Shown here: in pieces, positions 35,601 through 47,700 of the stretch
Layout of the letters: each line of letters starts with the position of its first letter
Numbering within the stretch: the first letter of the stretch is position 1
The notes under the pieces: model-generated
Databases searched by the model: none
What the model was told of the DNA's origin: nothing
The model's input: the letters and a program-made list of their open reading frames with translations, nothing else
Assembly (NCBI RefSeq): GCF_006345805.1
Contig: NW_021833642.1
Span: 1-56,786, forward strand
Length of the DNA: 56,786 nt
Direction: 5' to 3'
DNA from: Octopus sinensis
Taxonomy: Eukaryota
Position numbers and translations under genes: made by a program

Positions 35601-38600
35601 TTCATTATAACATCACTTTTTGTTTCTATCAGTCTTTTGTTGGCTCCTAAAATCCGTTTCCATAATTCTGCCTTACCTGTCACTTCTAGTTCATCATACA
35701 CAAGCTGTGTTAACATTTCCCATATATTCTCAATTATGTTCAAGTCTGAATTTCTTTCTGGCCATTCAAGTAGACTTATTTTCATGTCTTGTATCCATTT
35801 CTTGATTGTTTTTAACATGTGAATGCTGTAGTTACCCTGTTGGAGAATAAAATTATCTTCCTTCTCTTCTCTAATATGGGCAAGGCTCTCATTTGCAGCA
35901 GCTGGATGTGACTCATACTGTTCTGCCTTCTTTCTAGCCTCCCAAACCAAAAATATTCACTTGGAAAGACCGTGCCCCATACTATTACTCCACCTCTGCT
36001 CATCTGTCTTTTGTTCAACACCACCGGTTCACCTTTCCTTGACCAAGAGCACCAGCCATCAGGTTCATCAAACATAAACCACTTCTTGTCAGTAAAGATT
36101 ACTTTGGTAAAATCAACAGAAGTAGTTAACCCTAATTTTGCAAATTCTAACCTTGCCTTCTTATGTTTTTTGCAGAAACAAATTTTCCTCTTGGCCTTTC
36201 CATACTTGGATTCAATTTCTTTCAATGTTCTTTGAATTGCTCATATATTTACATGTATTTCACATTTCTCCTTCACCTTCTTGCTGTTACCTTTTCTCCA
36301 GCTGCTAGTACACAGGACACAGTCATTTTCATTCACCTTTGAGTTCTCTTCCCAAGTGACTTTTTCCTTCCTCTTTAGCATATATTCCACTGCAGACTTC
36401 AAAAATCTTCAAATCAACAACAATTTTTTCAGGCTTAGGCCATCTTCTTTCTTGTTTTGAACTCAAGAGCTTATTTCTTTGAATGCATTCCCCCCCCCCA
36501 ACAGTTTATTCACTGTTTCTATACACTCCAGACTGGCCTAGGTGACTGTGTTGAGTGCATGACATAGACAAGCTGCAAAAACAGCAAAATGCATTTTTGT
36601 TTAGCTCTGTGGTATATTGTATTTTTAATGCCCCTTGTCTATAAAGGGATCTTTCCCAAGACAGCTTCTGCATCCTCTGACTTTTCAGTGATATACATAC
36701 ATTGTCATATAGATAAAGATTTTAATATGACTGAATTTTTATTGATCCTTATGAATCTCGTGAAGTATTTTGATTAAATTTCTTTAAATATTTCTTATTA
36801 AAAAGCGATAATGACACAAAAGAATGAAGGAATTATTGTTTTTAAATCAAGAGATGAATTAATTAATTAATTATGCATTTTAACTGTATTTTAGAAATTT
36901 GCATGATGGGGGTCAATAAGTTATCAATGATACCATTAAGGGGTCATTGATATAAGAAAATTGCTGACCCCTGTGTTAGAGTATTATTGTTGGTCGAATG
37001 ATTGTTAACCAAGTCTGGCATTCACTGTGGTGTGTGTGTATTGATGGTGTAGAGTGCTGGGGTGCAGTGAATGATAGAAATTTGGAAAGAATGGATATTA
37101 CTCTCAAGGTTACTTAGTAATTAAATGTTAATTCTTTTTTTCCTTAATATAAACTTCACATTTTCAGGGGTAAATTTGCCAACTTGGAAGACATCACATG
37201 CAAAATCAAAGATGGCTGTACAGAACACCCTCCATGGCCACATGGTATCTGTACGAAATGTCAACCAAATGCTGTCACATTAAACAGACAAGTAAGTCTT
37301 AGTTTTATTGGAAGTGTTACTTCATTTTTAAACTGATTGTTTTTGTTTTTTTTTTTGCTTTTAGTTTCTGCTTGTGATGAAGACAGGGTCTTTAGGTTTG
37401 TTTGTGTAACATTTTTTGGGTTAATTCTCTTATACTCTTTCTTTAATTTTAGTTAGGTCATTGTTGGTGAAGTGAGATTATTTTGTTTTCTGTCAGAATA
37501 TGAAGAAAATATTCCAGTTGTTTCAGCTCAGCAATTTTTCAACACTGATCAAGTAGACTTATGAGCAAAAACATTCTAACCTTGATTACCATCTCTTTCA
37601 TTCAGAAATTATATCTAAGACTAAACGATACAATGTACTCTTCCACAATTGAGAACAGGAGTTGTAATTTGAGTGAAGTTTGGCTGCTATTTCCAGCAGC
37701 TCAAACATTTGTGTTGAGTCTCTTGTTGACTTGGCTTACTTACATTTGCTAGAGTGAATTTGATTGTCCTAGTTCCTCTTCAGAAAGAATTTGTTTAATT
37801 AATTTTCTATTTTTACTTTACCTGTTGATATGATACACCATCATTGGAACTGACCTGTATATTATAAGTAGTGTTGTATTTTTGTTATAACAGATATACC
37901 GGCATGTTGATAACATAATGTTTGAAAATCCTAAAATAGCTGAACGTTTCTTGAACTATTGGCGCAGTACAGGTCGACAGCGGCTTGGAATACTCTATGG
38001 AAAATATGAGGTTCATAAAGACGTGCCTTTAGGGATTAAGGCAACAATATTTGCCATCTATGAACCACCTCAGGTAAAGCAGCAGCTTCTTTTTCATTTT
38101 CATATATCAGGCATGGCTGTGTGGTTAAGAAATTTACTTCTTAATTATTTGGTTTTTGGGTCAATCTTACTGCATAGCACTTGGGTAAGGGTCTTCTGCT
38201 ATATCCTTGGGTTGACCAAAGCTTTGTGAGATGATTTGGTACACAGAAATTGAAAGAAGCTAGTCGTGTGTGTGTGTTTTACTGTCTCCTTGTTTTGACA
38301 TTATGTGATAGTTGAAATGAATGTCACTGACTTACAAGTGATGTCCTTTGTTTCAAATTTTCTGTGAAAATGTGTCTAGCCTTGGGGAAATATTACCTCA
38401 CTAGGAAACAGATAAGGGTTGATGACAGGAAGTGCATCAGGTTGTAAAGAATCTGTCTCAACAAGTTCTGTTCATTCCATGTAAGCATGGAAAAGTGGAC
38501 CTTATAAAATGATAATGATGATCATCACTTTATATCTGCTTTTCATGCTGGCATGGGTTTGTTTGGTTCACATGGTCTGAGTTCTTATTGCATGACACTG

Positions 38601-41600
38601 AATTGTAGATAGCTCAGAGGACCATCTCTCTCATATACATTTTTGGCTTGGTTTCTATGGCTAAATGCTCTTTCCTCACCAAACACATTACTGAGTATAC
38701 TGGGTATTCTTTATAGCACCAGCATAAGAGGGTTTTTCTTGTATACTATACACGTATAGAATTCTTACAATTCTAATAGACACATTACATATTTGCTAGT
38801 GACTGATGAAAATTCCAAATTTTAATAAATAAACATTGTGTTTGACGTAGTAATCTTAATGAGAAACGGTTAATGTTTACTTTTCTGTACTTGCATGGAT
38901 TAGATGGAATTCATTGATGCAGATTTTCTGTGACTGGATGCTCTTCCTGTCATCAGCTATTTTGTTTCCAAGTAAGGTAATATTTCCCTATGGTCAGGCA
39001 TATTTTATATGAAAGTTTGGGAATAATTGACATTTCTTTACAACCATCATGTGATGTCAAGACAAGGACATACTCATATGCATAAATTATATATATCTAC
39101 TATATAAATGTGAGTGTTTGTGGTTGTGTATGCATAAATTATATATATCTACTATATAAATGTGAGTGTTTGTGGTTGTGTATGTGTGTTTAGCTCAGAA
39201 AGGTTCTGGAATGATGCATCCTTGAGAAAAACAAATTTGATTTTCAAAATCTGCGTCCCAGAGAAAAGTTTTTCCAGCAATAATAATACAAAAATATAAT
39301 TTGCTTTGATGACTCTCCTCCTTTCTATCTTTCCCCACCACTCTTTGCCACTGTTTGATACAGTAGCTGTGTTTTAGATGTTACAAGTATTTGTGGTGGT
39401 GGTGAGGTGTCCAAGGTAAGGTTTTTTTGGCATCACCAGATGTTAGTAGTGTAACCATCATCTGTCTCCCTCCTTTCTGTTTACAGGAAAGTTCTAAAAA
39501 CCGTATTCAAATAATGAAAGATGAGAATGATGAATTGGTGAAGAGTATAGCTGAAAAGATGGGACTTCATCCAATTGGCTGGATTTTCACTGATCTTATG
39601 GCTGAGGACTTGAAGAAAGCAACTGTGAAACATTATAGAGGCAATCAGGTACAATTTTAAAATCCATTTTATAAAGACAAATGTGTAGTGACAGCAGTAT
39701 ATGTTCCAGTACTTTATTTTCTGAGTTCAAATTTTGCTGAGGTTAACTTTCATCCAATTTGAGTTGATAATAGAAAGTATCATTCAAGTATTGGTGTTGA
39801 TTTAATCAGCTAACCCCTTAACATCTCTAGCTTTGTACCTCTATTAGAAACAAACCATTGTTGTTGTTGTTAAGATGATGAGTTGGCAGAATCGTTAGCA
39901 CGCCAGGTAAAATGCTTTGCAGCATTTCATATGTCTTTACATTCTGAGTTCAAATTCCACTGAGCATGACTTTGCCTTTCATCCTTTAGGATTAATAAAA
40001 TAAGTACCAGTTGAGCATTGGGGTTGATGTAATTGACTTGCTCCCATTCATGAACTTGCTAGCCTTGTACCAAAATTTGAAACCAATATCAAGGTGGTGA
40101 ACTAGCAAAGTTGTTAGCATATTGTCAGAATACTTAGTGTCATGTAACGAGTTCAAATCACAATGAAGTTAACTTTGATTTTCATCTTTTCAGGGTCGAT
40201 AAAATAAAACCCCAGTAAAGTACTGGAGTTGATGGTATTGACTAATGCCACTCTCCTTAAAAAATTGCTGGTATGTGTCAAAATTAGAAAGAATAATAGT
40301 AATAATCCTTTCTACTATTGACACATGGCCTGAAAATTTGTGGGAGGGGTCTAGTTGATCTCATTGGCTCTATCTAGTACTTGACTGGTACTTAAGCACT
40401 GGATTTGATTTAACTGATTGTGTGCTTCTCTGAAGTTTGTAGTCTAGTACCTCTGCTAGTAACCATTATTAGAAAGATGGCAGAATTGGAAGAATGTCAG
40501 GAAGCTTTGTGGTATTTAGTTACCCTACTTTTCATTCTGGATTCAAATCATGCTTGCAATAATTGTTTTAAATTCAATCCTCTTTTGAGTTTGCTTTTAA
40601 AGTTGATAAAGAAAGAGAACCAGGATTGATTCAGTGACACAGTCATCATTTAAAAGTGGTCCTTATGTTTAATTGGTAGTATACACCTTTTTTATGGATA
40701 GTGATCTGGCTTAGACTGTTGAACTGTCGGTATTACATTACACTATTGATGCTGTTCATATCATAAGGATTTACAAAGTTTGGAAGTTATGAAATTAATT
40801 TTTTTCCTTTTTAACAGTGGAACTCAAAATAGTTAAAACTAAAAATAATAGAATATTGGATGGAAAAATTCTTGCCGGTAAGAACAGTGCTTCTGAAATA
40901 GATATAGTAAATTTAAAATGTTGCTTTGGTATAATGGTTGAACATTTTTCATGTTTAAGATGTGGGTTTGAGTCCTACTGGCAGCATGTGACTTTCCTTC
41001 CAAAGGGTTTTTCTAAACCCAATATTCTACATGCTATTACTTATAACTTTATCTACTTCAATTTCCACCATTAAAAGAAATGATTTATTTCATACAAGCA
41101 GTATAACCCGGCCTTGCCGGGGATTAAGTTACGATTATTAAGCTAATCAAGTTCTTTATTTCAAACCAAACTAAGTAATATAGATGTCAAATTTGGGCGA
41201 AATCCACTGAAATTAGTTATATTATATATATATAATAATAAATATTAGGGAATAAATCCAAATTTACAAGGAAAAATCAGATTTAAGATTGAATCCAATT
41301 TTATAATAAAATATTATATTATAATAAATTAGAGACAAAACCACTATTATGCAAATCAAACAAAGAAAGACTTAAGCCAATACATAAAATAATTTATATA
41401 AATTAAAATTTAACAAATGAATAACCACTATGATTGTTTCGTGTCAGCACATCTTAGACATTCTTCAGGTGGTTTCTAAACCTTCTTAGCGAGTTATAGT
41501 TTATAACTCGCTAAGAAGGTTTAGAAACCACCTGAAGAATGTCTAAGATGTGCTGACACGAAACGATCATAGTGGTTATTCATTTGTTAAATTTTAATTT

Positions 41601-41674
41601 ATATAAATTATCTTATGTATTGGCTTAAGTCTTTCTTTGTTTGATTTGCATAATAGTGGTTTTGTCTCTAATTT

Positions 41675-41718
<44 letters not shown>

Positions 41719-44700
41719 TTTATACTTGTTTCAGTCATTTGACTGTGGCCATGCTGGAGCACCACCTTTTTAGTCGAGCAAATCGACCCCAGGACTTATT
41801 CTTTGTAAGCCTAGTACTTATTCTATCGGTCTCTTTTGCAGAACCGCTAAGTTACGGGGACGTAAACACACCAGCATCGGTTGTCAAGTGATGTTGGAGG
41901 GGACAAATACAGACACACAAACATATACACACACACATATATATATATACATATATACGACGGGCTTCTTTCAGTTTCCGTCTACCAAATCCACTCATAA
42001 GGCTTTGGTCGGCCCGAGGCTATAGTAGAAGACACTTGCCCAAGGTGCCATGCAGTGGGACTGAATCCGGAACCATGTGGTTGGTAAGCAAGCTACTTAC
42101 CACACAGCCACTCCTATAATATAAATATATATGGGCAACAGACACGAACACACATACACACACGTACGTACGTACACCTATTGCATGTTTTGTGCACGCA
42201 TACATGTTCATAAACAAAAATTAATGGAAAAAATGTTGTTAAATTTGTAGATTAACACTCGCACAATTTTCACTAAGAAAATAATCATATTTTTTGCATG
42301 GAATCAACTACTCTGGCCTCAAAACCCTTTTTGTGGTCCGTGAAATGGAGTGGGGTGTGGTGGAAGCCTCGCAAATTGTACCCATTTATATGGTGTAATT
42401 CACTGACAAATTGTTACTCTCCTCTTTGTTTCTTTGTTGTTAAATAAATGGATTGTCAACAAAACACTTTTTTATTTAGCGTAAAATAAACACAAAACTC
42501 TTTCGCACCCAAAGTAATGTGTGTGAGAGAGAGAGTTGGGGAGAAAAATGATCGATTTAAAATAAATATATTGTAATTGTTGTGTGAGAAGGTATATATA
42601 CTATGATTATAAAATATAGTGTGCCTTTCAAAAACAAAAAACAAAACATTTTACATTTTATTTCTCTCTCCCTCTCTCACTTTGTCTTTCCCGTGAAACT
42701 CTCTGCCTCCTTCTTCCACTTTTCTTTATCTTATATTTTTTTTGTTAGACACCATCAAAAAGCAATGGCTGATATTTGTTATGGTTAAAAGCTATGGTTG
42801 AAAATAGATTTTTACCCTATCCGCGGGTGCCTCAGGAAAAAAATAAGTTGACAAAACCCAGATAGGATGTTGACAAATGTCCTCCTAAAATTTGAGCGAC
42901 ATGCATGCTAATTTGTGAATGTGCATAAATTACAATCACATACACACACACACGCGCACACACATCCTCCCTTTTATAGATAAGATATCTCAAAGTTTCT
43001 AAATTATTATGATGTAAACAACACGCAATTCTTGCTGGTAAGAATAAAGCTTCTAAAATGGATAGAGAACATTTGAAAGGTTGCTTTGGTAGTCCCTCTG
43101 GCAGCCTTTGACGTTTTTGTTTCAAAGGGATTTTTTTTAACCAATATTCTACCTGCTGTCACGGTAAGAACAAAGCATCTAAAATGGATAGAGAGCATTT
43201 TTAAGTATAATAGTAGAATGTCTGTCATGTTTACAGCTGTAGGTTTGTGTCTCACAGGCAACCTTCAATTTTTTTCACCCAAAGGTTTTTTCTTTCAACT
43301 CAGTATTAAATTGTAAAATAACATGCTGTTATTTATAGCTTTTACTTTTGATGATATTCCAACCTTTGATTTTTATATTTGGCTGACAATACGTTGTTTT
43401 GGCCAGTTATAACCCTGCTACCATTAACATAGAAGAAAATATGATTCTCTATGGAAAAATACCACATGACTTTACTTGCAGGCCAACCTGACAGAGGATG
43501 CCCTTGGACAAAACATTTAATGCTCACTAAAGTCATTTTCATTACCTGTAAGTAGGTATCACAGATAGACATATTCCTCTACTGAAAACAGTAGGAGACA
43601 CATTTCTCTACTGAAAACGGTGAGGACTGTATCATTGACTGTTGCATTGTTAACTTGCTGAGTTCAAATGTTCCCATGAGTATTATACAGAAACAAATAT
43701 ATACCTCTTGGCTGTTGTAGATACTATATACATGAAGGGAAAGTGTCTTCAGTTTGTGTTTCCAATTAAGATGTGGGTTATAGGACTCACACATCATCTG
43801 TACCTTTTTTTTTTGTTTTATTTTTATATCAGGTTTGTTTTTGTAAGTCATTAATGGGTTTGCTGAAGTAAGTATTTCCATCATTGAATGTCTGTTACTC
43901 AACTAACACCAACTGTTCAACTATGTTTCTTTGTTCAGGATTCACATTATTTGAGTGCAGAAGAGTGCATCATGGCTGCTGAGTTTCAAAACAAATACCC
44001 TAATCCTTGCCAATATTCTGCTGAAGGCAAGTTTGGTTCCAAGTGTGTAACTGTTGTGGTGACAGGTGACAGTAAAAACCAAGTTCACTTTGAAGGTTAC
44101 CAAGTTTCCAACCAATGCATGGCGTTAGTTCGAGATAATTGTCTGATTCCGACTAAAGATGCACCAGAGCTGGGCTATGTGAAAGAATCTTCCAGTAAAC
44201 AGTTTGTTCCTGATGTCTTCTACAAGGTAGAAATCCCTCTATCATTTTTGGCATTGTTATTATTTCGCCATCATTGTCATTGTCATCATTTTCATCTCAT
44301 CATTATCATCATTAGTTGCTATTGCCATCAGTCACTGTCAATCACTGCTGCCATTAATCGCTGTATTTGTCAGTTATCGTCATCATTGTTGTTGTCATTA
44401 TTATCATGATCATCATTATTTTGGTGTCCATTTTCTTTACATGTATTAGTTGGTGTTTAATGTACCTGCACATTTGCCACATGTAAAGACTACTTTCTCT
44501 GTTAGCTTGCACTGGGTGCACCTTATGGAGTTTCTCCTGATACCTTTTCTGCATATTGAGTTGAGCCACCTCTCTGAAGAGATCTGCAATTTGTCTGTTT
44601 TCTTATCAATACTTTGGTCTTTGCTAAATTAACTGTAAAACCCTTTGATTCCAGTCCATGCTTCCACACCTGAAATTTCTTCTCTAGTTCTGGTAGTGAT

Positions 44701-47700
44701 TCAGCAATAAGAACAAGGTCATCAGCATATAGGAGCTCTCAAGGGTAGCCAGTCTTAAATTATTTAGTTATAGCTTGGAAAACTAAAATAAACAAGTAGG
44801 GGGCTAATAGCCGATCCCTGGTGGCCTCCTACTTGTACATTCAACTCCTTACTATACTTATTGGTGACTCTCACTTTACTGACAGCATCCCTGTACATGG
44901 CTTGTGCAGCTCTCACTAACCACTCACCTGTCCCTAGCTATGTGCATTGCCCAGTAGATAAGGGAGTGGCAGACTCTAAGTCTTTCTGCATGTCAACAAA
45001 AGCCAGATGCAGTGGTTTATTTTTGGTTAAGTATTTCTCCTGCAGTTGCCTCACCAGGAAGATAGTATTGATGGTACTTCTCCCCTGCACAAATTCAAAC
45101 TGCATCTCATCTATGCTAACTCTCTTCCTAATTAATTGAGCTATGACCCTTCTGCAACTTTCATCACCTGGTCTAATAATTTGATTTGTCTATGGCATCA
45201 CCCTTGCTTTGTAGTAGCTGACTATAATACTGCTACACCATTCATTGGGTAGCTAGGAAGGAGGCTAGAAAACAGGTATACTTACCCAGGGGAGATGCAG
45301 AAATGGGGAAGTCTGCCAATGTTCTACAACATGTAGACCAGAGGCTTGAAATGTTTTGGATTGTAAGAGATTGTGTCAGAGACAACCTGATTAACTATAT
45401 GGGTGACCAGGTCATATTCTACTCCACCAGATATTTTAAGCATCTCAGCAGTGACACCTGATGGGCCAGAGGCTTTCCTTGTTTTCATATCCTTTATTGC
45501 TTTATCCACTAAGTTACTGTTAATTCAGATAGCCAGCCCACCTGTTGGGTCCACATTAGACAGGCTCTCTTTCTCTCATGCATTCTCTACATTTAGCAAC
45601 CTTTTATTGTGACACTTCTAAGCCTCCTTCTTTGCAGAATCACTAACTGCAAGTGAGCCATCATCCATGCGGACACATTTCTCTCCTACCATTTCACAAT
45701 TTTCTCTCATACACTCTTTTGCAATCCAAAACACTTCAAGCCTCTGGTCCTAATGTTGTAGAACATTAGTAGACTTCCGCCTTTCTGCATCTCCCCTAGC
45801 TAAGTATGCCTATCTTTTGCTCAGCAAATCTAACTTCTCGAATGCAGCAAACATTAACATGCCTCTGTTCAAGCGTCTCAACAATCTTGCCAGACCTACC
45901 TTTTAATGTGCCTACATTGACAGTGTGAAGTTTGAAGAAGTAGAAAGGGATGTGGGAGAGAACATGCAAAGGGGAATGGCATTCAGCATCTGAAAAGAAG
46001 GTTTCAACGAGTGTTTGATAACAGACGTACATATATCAGTTGTTCTCACATTAATCTACCATCATTTATTCTTGTAAAAATTTGTTGCCTCTATTGAAGG
46101 TGAGTGTAATACAAGTATTGTTAATAAAAAAAAACAGTTAATTGGTTAATTTGTTATAAGTAGCGAGGAAATAGGGTTGTTACACTTTACTCTTTTACTC
46201 ATTTCAGCTATACGGCTGCGGTCATGCTGCAGCTCCACTGTGTGACTAAATAAGTAATGCAGTAATTTGGATGAGACTACTGGTGGGGGGAGCTATGAGA
46301 ACCTTCTGGCACAGAGGAGAGATTTCTGGTTCAGAGAAGAGGTTTCTTTTACAGGCGAGAAATTTCCAATACAGAGGAGAAATTTCTGGTATAGGTGGTA
46401 GGGGTGGGATTGGGTGGGCACATTGCATATAAGGGAAGGGTAGAAAGACGGTTCCTTTCTTAGCTTTAACAAAAGTAAAGAGACAGGAGAACAGTTAAAT
46501 TACAGGTGGGTTAGTATTTTATGAGGTAGAAATGTAAATAGATGAATGATGTAGGTAGAGTAGAAGGCACACTTAGCTAGACATGATACACATGGCCAAG
46601 AGCAAGCAATGTAGATTGTTGTTAAATCTTGTGAACCAATTCTGTAATATATATATACATGCAATGGTGTAATTTTTACACATACCATGATAGTTTCTTA
46701 ATATTTGTGTTGGTTGTTCAGGTTAGATGATATTGTAAATGTAAATATCTGTAGGAATTGTTGTTATAGGGGCTTCACTGACCCCTAACTAATATCAACC
46801 ACTTTATGAACCATTGATACAATCTCTGTGCAGTTGTACAATCTGTAAGAAATAGTAACAAAATCTTCCTCAAACCATTTTCCCTCATCTGAAAAAAAAA
46901 AAGAAAGATATATTGGATAATGTGGTTTTACTATTTCTGAAATCTTGACCTGGGACTATTCTGTGTAGTGGATGGTATTACAGTTGGCTATCTTTCAATC
47001 TGTTACTAACACTGACCACTCCTCTGTGTAGTGGACAGTGTACAGTTGGTTCTGTGGCTAACACGGCCACTCTACTTTGTAGCACTTGTATGAATCATTT
47101 ATAGTTAAAAAAGAAAATGTCCCTAAACTTGTATTCTTCTTCCATTTGTAGACTAATTGTTCCAGAAATGTGTATTATATGTGACTAGAGAACTGTGATT
47201 GTTGTCTGCTATTTTAGGTGAAAGATGAATATGGAAATGAAGTGATAGAATTGGCACGACCATTACCTGTTGAGTATCTTCTGGTTGACATTCCATGTGC
47301 TTTTCCTGTATGTCCACGGTCTTTTTTCAATGTTTCTGCTAGCAAACCTTTCCCTGTTGAGAACCGTGAGAGCCTAGGCGAAATCCAGGTGAGTTTCTCT
47401 TGATGTTTGTGATTATGGAAGGGTTTTGGATCATTGTCTGAAGGGTTGATGGTTACTTGTCACCACAACTGGAGATTATTGTCCGTGACTGAAATATACT
47501 TGATACTTACTGCTATTTGTATTTAACTCTTCATATCAATCCACCTGTTTTAAAGTGATCTGAATTTAATCTTTCCATCAAACACCAGTTTAATAATGAT
47601 AAAGTTACTTGACTAAATTCTTCATTTTCAAAATTAATTGTATTTTAATATAAATGTGATTACAAAAGGGTTAAAGTGTGAGAAAAAAAAAGATGAGTAA

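Noticed and set aside
43036-43205. 45-bp direct repeats (and 21434-22205) as a CRISPR-like array
   Set aside because: Only two or three irregular copies, eukaryotic intron context, no cas genes.
44227-44409. His-rich extension of the NPLOC4 exon ORF
   Set aside because: Intron read-through across a degenerate (CAT)n tract after a good GT donor.
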